Virus record (IMG/VR): IMGVR_UViG_3300023179_000118
Coordinates: 1-59,137 of that record
DNA from: a virus
Taxonomy: Duplodnaviria; Caudoviricetes
DNA length: 59,137 nt
Strand: one strand, 5' to 3'
Shown here: piece by piece, positions 51,970 through 59,137 of the stretch
Layout of the letters: every line of letters starts with the position of its first letter
Position numbering within the stretch: the stretch's first letter is position 1
Made by a program: the position numbers and the translations under genes
The notes under the pieces: model-generated
Databases searched by the model: none
Seen by the model: the letters and a program-made list of their open reading frames with translations, nothing else
What the model was told of the DNA's origin: nothing

Positions 51970-52394
51970 TAGGGAGCCTCAACCTCGTAGTAGGTGACTT
52001 TGATATTGCGGATGAGGCTGGCCACTGGGCCAAGTTCAGTCCAAGTTCTATCGACAAATCGTACATATTTCTGCCGACCAAGCGGGTCATGGACATGGAG
52101 CGTTCCCTGATAAGTAAGAACTGGATAAAGGTCATTCCATTCAGCGGTGCCTTTGGTGGTGAATTCGTAGGTTCCATCAATACCGTAAAGACTCGATGAA
52201 ACGACAACTGTTTTTGAACCGCCAAGTGGTTTGAATACACCATAAGTTTCAACAATAGATAAATTCAAAGGTTGTTGAACTTTAGTGGAGGTTACGCGGA
52301 TAGATGGATTTTCTGGTGCCGTAAAACTCCAAATACCCGCATTGGTAATCTGAACTGGTTCAGTAGTGGTGTAAGCCGAAGAAACAACTGCCAT
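51969..52394 (-). CDS. Distal tail-like protein
   Basis: Synteny; EV.AP C-terminus. Confidence 0.55.
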   Translation of the reverse strand: MAVVSSAYTTTEPVQITNAGIWSFTAPENPSIRVTSTKVQQPLNLSIVETYGVFKPLGGSKTVVVSSSLYGIDGTYEFTTKGTAEWNDLYPVLTYQGTLHVHDPLGRQKYVRFVDRTWTELGPVASLIRNIKVTYYEVEAP

Positions 52395-53962
52395 TAGATT
52401 GTCGCCCTCGCTTTTGCTCTATAAGTAACCGTTGTATCTAGGGGAACTTCATAATCTTCTAAAATTGCTATTTGGCTGGCATTGGCATCAACTGGACTGT
52501 TTCGTACTGTTTGCCAAGTAGTCGAGCCACTGGCTTTTCTTTCCACATCAAATTGAAAATTGGTAAAACCGCCCTTTGTCCAGAATGGTTCATCTCCAGA
52601 GTGAAATCCTATTTTGTCAGCATAGTGAACTTCCGAGGAGCCAGCGCTTGCGATTTTCAAAAAGACCAAAGCGTGTGTGGCGGTAGGTGGGGCTTGAACT
52701 GTCGCTGTTGCCTCTGTCCAACTAGAAGTAGTTGTCGTAACGGCGGTACCGTAGGTAGTTGAAATTGTTGAACCAGCGCTATTGAGGTACCGAATACCAA
52801 CTGATGCGCTTCTTGGTGTCACCGCAGAACGAAAAGAAGCAATCGCCGAGAACTCGGAGTTGGCTGTCACGGTGAATTTTGTAGCGGTGGTCGTGGAAGC
52901 CTCAACATTTCCTGTTGAAACGGCGGTCATAGAAAGCGATGCCGTTCCTGATGCTGCTTGTGCCGTAGTTCTAGCAATCGTACAGTTTGTGGTCGCATCC
53001 CAACCTGTTGTATCAACTTCAAGTGATGCCTGGTTTGATGAGAGAACATTGGTTCTTCCATAAATAATAATATTTACTGCGCCCTCTGATGAGTTATATG
53101 AGGTTGAAACCGTGGGTGTTGCTGGCGCTTCAACAGAAAGGGTGAACTGAGAATAGGCCCAATCGCTATAAGTTTTTAAGGAATTGACAAGGCAATGAAC
53201 TTGAACATAAGCCCGATAAGTAGTGGAGTTTGCTAAATCAACATCGAGTGTTGCGCCATCATCTTGTGAAATAACTTCACCTGTATCGACTGTGGCTTCT
53301 GTTGTATCAGGGTCAAATCCAGTAGCACTATATGTAGCGCTATCGTATATTTTAATTTGATAACCATTTTCAACAAGACCATCTGCCTGAGCATAAGTCC
53401 AGTTTATTGATGGGAAAGAAGTTGTGCTGACTGTACCCGTTGGTGCTGTAACGCTTACTGTTGGCTTTGTTACGGTGACAACATCAACATAAACCTCATA
53501 GATATTAGCCCTTGCTCCTGAAGTTATCGCGTCATCTTGAATTTTGACAACTAAATTGTTGAGGAGTGTTTGACTCCAATTTTGTCCATTTGGAGATACC
53601 GTTAAAAGTAAACCCGTGTCCTGTGTGGCTAAAGAATAAGTTCCAGTACGGGAAACGGGAACTGAATATGAAGTCACCCGACCATTGGTATCGGTAATAA
53701 CGCCCAAACTGTATTTTGTATTGCCATCTGTTTGAGCAATTTTTACTCGGAGGTTAACTGTTTTGATAACTTCGGTTGCCCCTAAAGTAACTGTTCCCAA
53801 CTCGGTCTCATAAACTGCTGGAACCGTGGTTGAAGTTCTCGTAATGTAAGTAGAGTCACTATTATCGGAAAGAGCAGCGTGAACTGAGCCTGACCCGCCA
53901 GATATTGTCCAGGAGGCAGCGTTATTCCAGTTAGCGTTGGGTCTGAGGGTATAAGTAGCCAT
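52394..53962 (-). CDS. Minor tail protein with carbohydrate-binding-like domain
   Basis: Thr/Ser-rich beta protein after the tape measure; DYEVP....TYRA. Confidence 0.65.
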   Translation of the reverse strand: MATYTLRPNANWNNAASWTISGGSGSVHAALSDNSDSTYITRTSTTVPAVYETELGTVTLGATEVIKTVNLRVKIAQTDGNTKYSLGVITDTNGRVTSYSVPVSRTGTYSLATQDTGLLLTVSPNGQNWSQTLLNNLVVKIQDDAITSGARANIYEVYVDVVTVTKPTVSVTAPTGTVSTTSFPSINWTYAQADGLVENGYQIKIYDSATYSATGFDPDTTEATVDTGEVISQDDGATLDVDLANSTTYRAYVQVHCLVNSLKTYSDWAYSQFTLSVEAPATPTVSTSYNSSEGAVNIIIYGRTNVLSSNQASLEVDTTGWDATTNCTIARTTAQAASGTASLSMTAVSTGNVEASTTTATKFTVTANSEFSAIASFRSAVTPRSASVGIRYLNSAGSTISTTYGTAVTTTTSSWTEATATVQAPPTATHALVFLKIASAGSSEVHYADKIGFHSGDEPFWTKGGFTNFQFDVERKASGSTTWQTVRNSPVDANASQIAILEDYEVPLDTTVTYRAKARATI

Positions 53963-56900
53963 TATCGAGCAGCCAATTCTTTAGCAAGTGTTCCAAATAC
54001 TCTTTCAATTTCACGAACAACGACTTCTGACATCTCTTCAGCGGTTTTTGTATTGCTCGCGTCAACCACAATCTGAACTGCTCCTTGGGAAACTACGACA
54101 TTTGAGGAACCTGCTGTCGCATTGCGAACTCCAAGGTTTGCTGCCTCAATCGCTGCGAGGGTTTGAGTCGCATCGGCGATTGGTTGATTAAAGACAGCGC
54201 TCGCACCATATTCACCAATAGTGGCACCAGTAATAGCGATAGCGCGGTTAAGTTCATTCATTTGTTTGACAATCGCTGATTGTTCTGCGAAATTACCTAC
54301 ACCAAGAATAGAAGCAGCAATCTGAGCGCCCTTTACTGGCCCCATCTCAATAATGTCTCGTAAGGATTGAGTATTAAGACCTAATCCTTGAAGAGATTCA
54401 ATTTGAGAAGCAAACTTGACGGACTTATCAAGTCGCATCCGCATATTTTCAATAAGGGATTGCGCTTTCGGAATGAATCCGTCAGGTAATTCAATACTCT
54501 TTAGGCCAGCAAAACTAACAATAGTTTCTTTAAGACTCTTTGCGAACTCGATTGACGCATCGCGGAGGTCTTGAATAACATTTCGTATACCGTCAATGCC
54601 ATTCTTCATGGCTTCACGGATAGACTTCATGGCATCAGCCTGTGCTGCCATTTCCGCAGCAGCATCTTCCGCATTACCGCCTTTCTTTAAGGCTTCCTCT
54701 GCTTTCTTTCTCTCTTCAGCAAGAACATCTCCAAAACCAAGCGTTTCTTTTAGTTTTTCGATTGCCTTCGCCATGCCATCAGCAACTTTGGTAAAGACAT
54801 CTCCCTGAACAAAATTTTCAATACCCTTGGCAACATCAAGCATACCTTCGCCCGCTTTGGTAGCAACAGTTCCCAATGTATTTGTAATAAAATCGCCAAC
54901 TTTGATTTGGTCGATTTTGTTGATGCCATCAATAAGGGTTCCCAGAATGGGGGAAATTACTTTTGCTCCCGTCAGAAGCCCATCGGCAATTTTCTTTCCA
55001 AGGTCTTTACTGGTGAACTGAACAACTTTTTCATTCAAGTCCAACATCAAATTAGCAACTTGTGAAATAGCCCCTGCTACCCCACCCTTGTAATTTCCCC
55101 AACTCTTTGAGAATTCAATGACACCCTTTGCCATAGAGGAGAGAAAATCCATGTTGTCTGCGGTATCCGCAGCATCCCTGGCCAATTTATCTAAAGTAGC
55201 GCGAGAAGCATTTTCATTTAATGTCTTGACTGAATCAGAAGCCCCACGAATATCTACTTGTAGTTGCGTGAAAGATCCACTTAAAGCCGAGCCACCTAAT
55301 CTGTCTGGTAATTTTGCTGCTGCCTTAGCAAGTGAACCTATCCAATCAGAAACTCTAGTGCGGATGTCTGTAATAACTCTTCCAATACTGTCGGAGAGTT
55401 CCGAAAAATACCCCACAATGGTTCCAACAAAGCGCGATATGGCCCCGCTAACATTTTGCCAAACTCCTACAATCCATTCACGCATTTTTCCAAAACCGTA
55501 AATGATTGTGGCAATTCCTTTTAATAAATTAGCGAACTGAGCGACGATTGCTGTAATAATCAACGCAATAATACGAATGATGGCATTAAAGACATCTTGA
55601 ATAGTATCTCTAAAGGTTATGCTGGTTTCCATCAATCTAATAAAACCGTCAATAAAGTATTTATATGCTTGTAAAATCCATTTGACGACTGTTAATACGG
55701 TATGGAAAACAAATTGGAAAACATTGGCGACTATGTGACCAAAGGCAGTATTGGTGTCCATCAAAGAACCAAAAGCAATCATAAGATTACCAAGCGCTCG
55801 CAAGAAGAATCCTATGACGGTACCAACTGTTCTCGCAACAAAGTTGAAAACATTTCTCACAACTTCAGCAAAATCCTCATTGGCGCGATAGGCAATAACG
55901 ATAGCCGTCACCAAACCAACAAGAAGGATGATGACCTTGTAAATAGGATTCATTGCCATGATTGCGTTTAATCTTTGTTGGGCTGCTGCCTGGGCATTAG
56001 TCCACCAAAGGGCAATTTTTGATACCGCAATCTGGGCCAAAAGTGCTACGCGGTAAGCAATATAGGTTGCCGTTAAAACCCCTAAAACAGCAATAACAAT
56101 ACGCGCTACTCTTTCATTCTCCCTAAAAAAATTAGTTATTTTTTCAATTCCAGTTGCTAAACCAGATATTACTTTTGCTACCGCAGCGACGGCAACTGCC
56201 ATCGCTCCCGAAAGTATTTTTGCGACATTTTTTAACGGTTCAACCAAAGGTTTCAGTGCGGTGAAGAGGCGACCAAATGCTGCCCGCATCTGTGTTGAAG
56301 TCAAAACCACGCCGAGGATGGCAAAAGGTAATGGTTTGAGAACATTGCTCAAAAACCCGAGTCCTGGAATAGATTTAGTTACGGCAGCGCCACCCAACGC
56401 ACCAAGACCCGCTGCTAAACCTGCTAAGGGTGGTAACAAGAAATCAATTTTTGTTGCTAAATTTTCTACCGTAGTTACAGCGGGTTTAACTCTCTCTCCA
56501 AAAGCATTGGTAGCAGTTTCAGCATAAAGCATCGTATCAATATAGGTTTTGACTTTATCAAAAAGTTTTTTGAATGGAGAAGCAATTCTGGCAAGAACCA
56601 AACCAACTGCTTTAATTATATTTTGAAATTTTTCGCTTTTTTCCGTTGCTTTTGAAATTGATTTTGTCATTTCATAGGCTGAATAAATGGTTGGGCCGAA
56701 GCCTTTCAGTAAGGCCCCTCCCATAGACACCATAATTTCATTTTGTAGACGTGAGAATGAACGCAAAACTTTGCCAGGCGTGGTCATGGCTGCTTCATAA
56801 GTTCCCGCGACCTTGGCAGCCTCGGCGAGCGCACCCGTGGCAACAGCCTGTTGTTTTTCTTGATAGGTCAACTGTTTTGTTGTTTTTCCTATCGAAGCAG

Positions 56901-57447
56901 CATAGGTGGCATACATCTGACCAGCGGATTTTTGAATACCGACTGTTTTTAATACTTCACTTCGACCCGTAATAACTGCGTGGGTCAACATATTGTAAGT
57001 ATCGGTTGAATTTTGACCGCTGATAACAGCAAGGTCTTGCGCTGCTCTCGCTAATTGCGAGGCATATTCAAGTTTAAGATTATTTTGCGCGAATTTAAGC
57101 GCAGATTTTTGCGCCACTTCCATCTCAATACCCATGCCTTTAATAGCAAGGGCAGTGTCTTGAATTGCTTGATAACCAAGCCCAGTAGATTTACCAACCG
57201 CATTGATGGCAATATCTAATTCATCAACTCGGGCTGCTGCGTTAAATGCTTTGAAACCAAAAGCAACTAAGGCTGTGGTAACTCCCGCCGTGACAACTGC
57301 GGTTGTATTGAGAACCGATTGAAGTCGAGACGCTTGGGCAGTAAAGGCTTGGGTCGCTTTACTGGCGCGTTCCATCCCACGCTGAAAGTCAGCAGTCTCG
57401 GCGGTGAGCCGAGTGCGAACTTCCGTTGTAGGAGTACCTTCTGCCAC
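53962..57447 (-). CDS. Tape measure protein
   Basis: 1161 aa helical Ala-rich protein with central hydrophobic segments and MNPI..VI motif. Confidence 0.92.
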   Translation of the reverse strand: MAEGTPTTEVRTRLTAETADFQRGMERASKATQAFTAQASRLQSVLNTTAVVTAGVTTALVAFGFKAFNAAARVDELDIAINAVGKSTGLGYQAIQDTALAIKGMGIEMEVAQKSALKFAQNNLKLEYASQLARAAQDLAVISGQNSTDTYNMLTHAVITGRSEVLKTVGIQKSAGQMYATYAASIGKTTKQLTYQEKQQAVATGALAEAAKVAGTYEAAMTTPGKVLRSFSRLQNEIMVSMGGALLKGFGPTIYSAYEMTKSISKATEKSEKFQNIIKAVGLVLARIASPFKKLFDKVKTYIDTMLYAETATNAFGERVKPAVTTVENLATKIDFLLPPLAGLAAGLGALGGAAVTKSIPGLGFLSNVLKPLPFAILGVVLTSTQMRAAFGRLFTALKPLVEPLKNVAKILSGAMAVAVAAVAKVISGLATGIEKITNFFRENERVARIVIAVLGVLTATYIAYRVALLAQIAVSKIALWWTNAQAAAQQRLNAIMAMNPIYKVIILLVGLVTAIVIAYRANEDFAEVVRNVFNFVARTVGTVIGFFLRALGNLMIAFGSLMDTNTAFGHIVANVFQFVFHTVLTVVKWILQAYKYFIDGFIRLMETSITFRDTIQDVFNAIIRIIALIITAIVAQFANLLKGIATIIYGFGKMREWIVGVWQNVSGAISRFVGTIVGYFSELSDSIGRVITDIRTRVSDWIGSLAKAAAKLPDRLGGSALSGSFTQLQVDIRGASDSVKTLNENASRATLDKLARDAADTADNMDFLSSMAKGVIEFSKSWGNYKGGVAGAISQVANLMLDLNEKVVQFTSKDLGKKIADGLLTGAKVISPILGTLIDGINKIDQIKVGDFITNTLGTVATKAGEGMLDVAKGIENFVQGDVFTKVADGMAKAIEKLKETLGFGDVLAEERKKAEEALKKGGNAEDAAAEMAAQADAMKSIREAMKNGIDGIRNVIQDLRDASIEFAKSLKETIVSFAGLKSIELPDGFIPKAQSLIENMRMRLDKSVKFASQIESLQGLGLNTQSLRDIIEMGPVKGAQIAASILGVGNFAEQSAIVKQMNELNRAIAITGATIGEYGASAVFNQPIADATQTLAAIEAANLGVRNATAGSSNVVVSQGAVQIVVDASNTKTAEEMSEVVVREIERVFGTLAKELAAR

Positions 57448-57457
57448 CTTGTCTCCT

Positions 57458-57652
57458 CTATCGCTTCGACTTCGCTCGGTTATCCGCGTCTTTTTGTTCT
57501 ATTGCTCGTAGATTCCAAAGAGCAGCCCATTCGGTCAACTCTTCGCTACTAAGAGGGCGGTGGGCTTCGCTTCCATGAAGAAGTTCACCCACCGTTCTCC
57601 CAAGTTTTTCTGCTAATTCAAAAAGAAACCTACGCTCAGGATTCTTGATGAA
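57458..57652 (-). CDS. C-terminal extension of the tail assembly chaperone, reached by frameshift
   Basis: +1 frame reads FIKNPERRFLFELAEKLGRTVGEL...LSSEELTEW; no upstream ATG in this frame. Confidence 0.7.
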   Translation of the reverse strand, partial: FIKNPERRFLFELAEKLGRTVGELLHGSEAHRPLSSEELTEWAALWNLRAIEQKDADNRAKSKR

Positions 57653-57998
57653 ATCGGGCGGTGGCTTGCTCTACCGCCTTTTCCGTCAGACCAGAGTTGC
57701 CCATAGCGATAGTCGCTAATCGTTCAACTACTGCGCCATTCTTGGAAAGGACTGCCTCTCTATCCTTATCGGTAAAGATAGGCAAACCTGATTCTGGGTC
57801 ATAGACCGTTGAAATCACCGTCAACGCATACATTGAGCCGATGTTGATTTTGCCATCACTCGATGCTGCGTTTTCCATCAACTTACTTCGTTCCAATGCT
57901 GTCATCGAACGAATCTCGACACTGACTCCCCATTCGGGAACCTCGACGAGTTCTTTCTTAATATCATCAGAACTGAAAATTTTGTCGCGTAGACTCAT
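57636..57998 (-). CDS. Tail assembly chaperone
   Basis: V.VPEWG..V.IRSMT..ER, F...D; between tail tube and tape measure. Confidence 0.8.
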   Translation of the reverse strand: MSLRDKIFSSDDIKKELVEVPEWGVSVEIRSMTALERSKLMENAASSDGKINIGSMYALTVISTVYDPESGLPIFTDKDREAVLSKNGAVVERLATIAMGNSGLTEKAVEQATARFHQES

Positions 57999-58038
57999 TT
58001 TTCTCCTTGGACACTAGGGGTCACGATTTATTTAATTA

Positions 58039-58455
58039 TTAAGAGTAGGTACCGCGAGTGACTGCGCCTGTTACTTGGAACTCAGCCGAGTAAGTGACGA
58101 CATCACCAATAGCACCGCTCTTTTCATACGAGGTAAGAATAGCCTCACCTGTGTATTTGACATAGCCAGCGGTTGAACCTTCTGGGCCATATTCAAAAGA
58201 TACGGTGGCTGCGTTTCCTACGATTCCAGCGAGGTATCCGTCGATTGTGGCATCAAAGTTGCCAGAAACGGAGATTGTGGCATCACTCAAACCTACTACA
58301 TAGGTCTTGGCTGAATCACCGAAAGCGCTGGACTCTGCGGTATCAACTGAGCGTGGGAATGAAACATCGGTAAGAGTGTTACTGATGTCTCTAAGGGTTC
58401 CACCTGAATCATCAATTTTGAATACAGTGGACTTACCGTGGCGGAAAGTTGGCAT
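58039..58455 (-). CDS. Major tail tube protein
   Basis: 138 aa; YVVGL.DATIS.SG, YTGEAILTSY, YSAEFQVTG. Confidence 0.85.
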   Translation of the reverse strand: MPTFRHGKSTVFKIDDSGGTLRDISNTLTDVSFPRSVDTAESSAFGDSAKTYVVGLSDATISVSGNFDATIDGYLAGIVGNAATVSFEYGPEGSTAGYVKYTGEAILTSYEKSGAIGDVVTYSAEFQVTGAVTRGTYS

Positions 58456-58457
58456 AT

Positions 58458-59137
58458 TTATCTCCTTGCGAAAGCCACTGTTGGAGTGGCGCTACCTGTT
58501 GAACCTGCGACTGTATAACTTGCTCGTAGGTATCTTGGAATGGAACCAGTAACCTCAACTCTTTGTGAGGTCGCTGTGGCACTACTGACTACCGTAAAGG
58601 TAATCAAATCGGCGAATGTTGAATTATCCGCCGAAGATTGGATTTTGACTGTGATGTTTCCATTACGAGTATTGGTTGGAACACTGAGATAGCCAACTCC
58701 ACCGTTGGTTGTCGCAGCCCCGTTATCAACTCCCGTAGTGTTTCCTGTTGCGCTAACGGCGCTTCCTGCTGAAAGGACAACACCGTGTTCTACGCCATCT
58801 GTCGCTTGGAACTCAGCGCTTGCTCCTACCACATCTCCGATTGGAGAAGTGACCTCATAACTGGTGGCATCAGCCTCTAACATGGAAGCCCGAGCGCCAT
58901 TGGAATGACCCCCTGGCATAACAATTACTTTTTGTTTAGTGGCATTGGCGAGTTTGCTCGCAAAGTATTGGTCAGTTCCAACAAGGGCCGTTGACTCAAA
59001 GTATCCTCCGAGAGAAATAGTTCCATCAACATGACCTGTCACATAAGTTTTTGCGGAGGCACCAAAGGTAGATGTCTCTGCGGTATCTACGCTGGTGGTC
59101 GCACTCATATCATTGAAATAAGCAGAAAAGTCGTAAT
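58458..59137 (-). CDS. 3' part of the tail-tube paralog with extra C-terminal domain (241 aa total, starts at 182)
   Basis: SVDTAE.S.FG.SAKTYV.G and IGDVV..SAEFQ shared with 58039..58455. Confidence 0.8.
   Translation of the reverse strand, partial: YDFSAYFNDMSATTSVDTAETSTFGASAKTYVTGHVDGTISLGGYFESTALVGTDQYFASKLANATKQKVIVMPGGHSNGARASMLEADATSYEVTSPIGDVVGASAEFQATDGVEHGVVLSAGSAVSATGNTTGVDNGAATTNGGVGYLSVPTNTRNGNITVKIQSSADNSTFADLITFTVVSSATATSQRVEVTGSIPRYLRASYTVAGSTGSATPTVAFARR
59002..59137 (+). repeat. Terminal direct repeat / assembly overlap, right copy
   Basis: Matches 1-136 with two mismatches. Confidence 0.97.

Larger units (their letters stand above)
1..59137. mobile_element. Complete circular(ised) tailed bacteriophage genome, siphovirus-like, probable actinobacterial host
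   Basis: Terminase, portal, capsid, tape measure, tail and lysis genes all present; 136-bp terminal overlap; WhiB-like genes and leaderless promoters point to Actinobacteria (inference). Confidence 0.95.

Noticed and set aside
57600-57700. Canonical -1 slippery heptamer
   Set aside because: No XXXYYYZ site before the stop, and the -1 frame terminates within a few codons of it.
1-59137. Integrase, reverse transcriptase/DGR, DNA polymerase
   Set aside because: No ORF shows the catalytic motifs; lifestyle remains undetermined.

Overview
This window is an apparently complete, circularly assembled ~59.0-kb siphovirus-like phage genome. Bases 1-136 recur at 59002-59137 and a tail gene reads across the join. 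An actinobacterial host is inferred from two WhiB-like genes, an actinobacterial-type SSB, a Gram-positive/actinobacterial LexA box and many leaderless promoters. Recognisable modules are terminase, portal, MuF, XkdF-type prohead protease, scaffold, capsid, fibres, neck, tail, lysis and recombination/replication initiation. No integrase, DNA polymerase, tRNA or CRISPR array was seen. The most striking feature lies between MuF and the scaffold gene (15.4-24.2 kb). Five ORFs carry eight copies of a 15-aa His-rich tag (KHxxxxHDQxxHGxW), mostly preceded by V-x-K. Seven of the eight tags open a different cargo domain: DUF3626-like, VIP2-type ADP-ribosyltransferase, an unknown GGW/YLDVS domain, an HDxxGH domain, GNAT, ParB-like and zeta-toxin-like kinase. 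Small acidic peptides follow the toxic domains, one of them overprinted inside a gene. I infer a modular system of capsid-loaded, protease-released effectors with cognate inhibitor peptides. Other notable signals are a family of early promoters with an operator and a covarying SD-loop hairpin, a non-coding triple stem-loop, a probable +1 tail-chaperone frameshift, a lysine-deacetylase plus proteasome-beta pair, and duplicated tail-tube genes. All family assignments are by eye from motifs; no searches were run.
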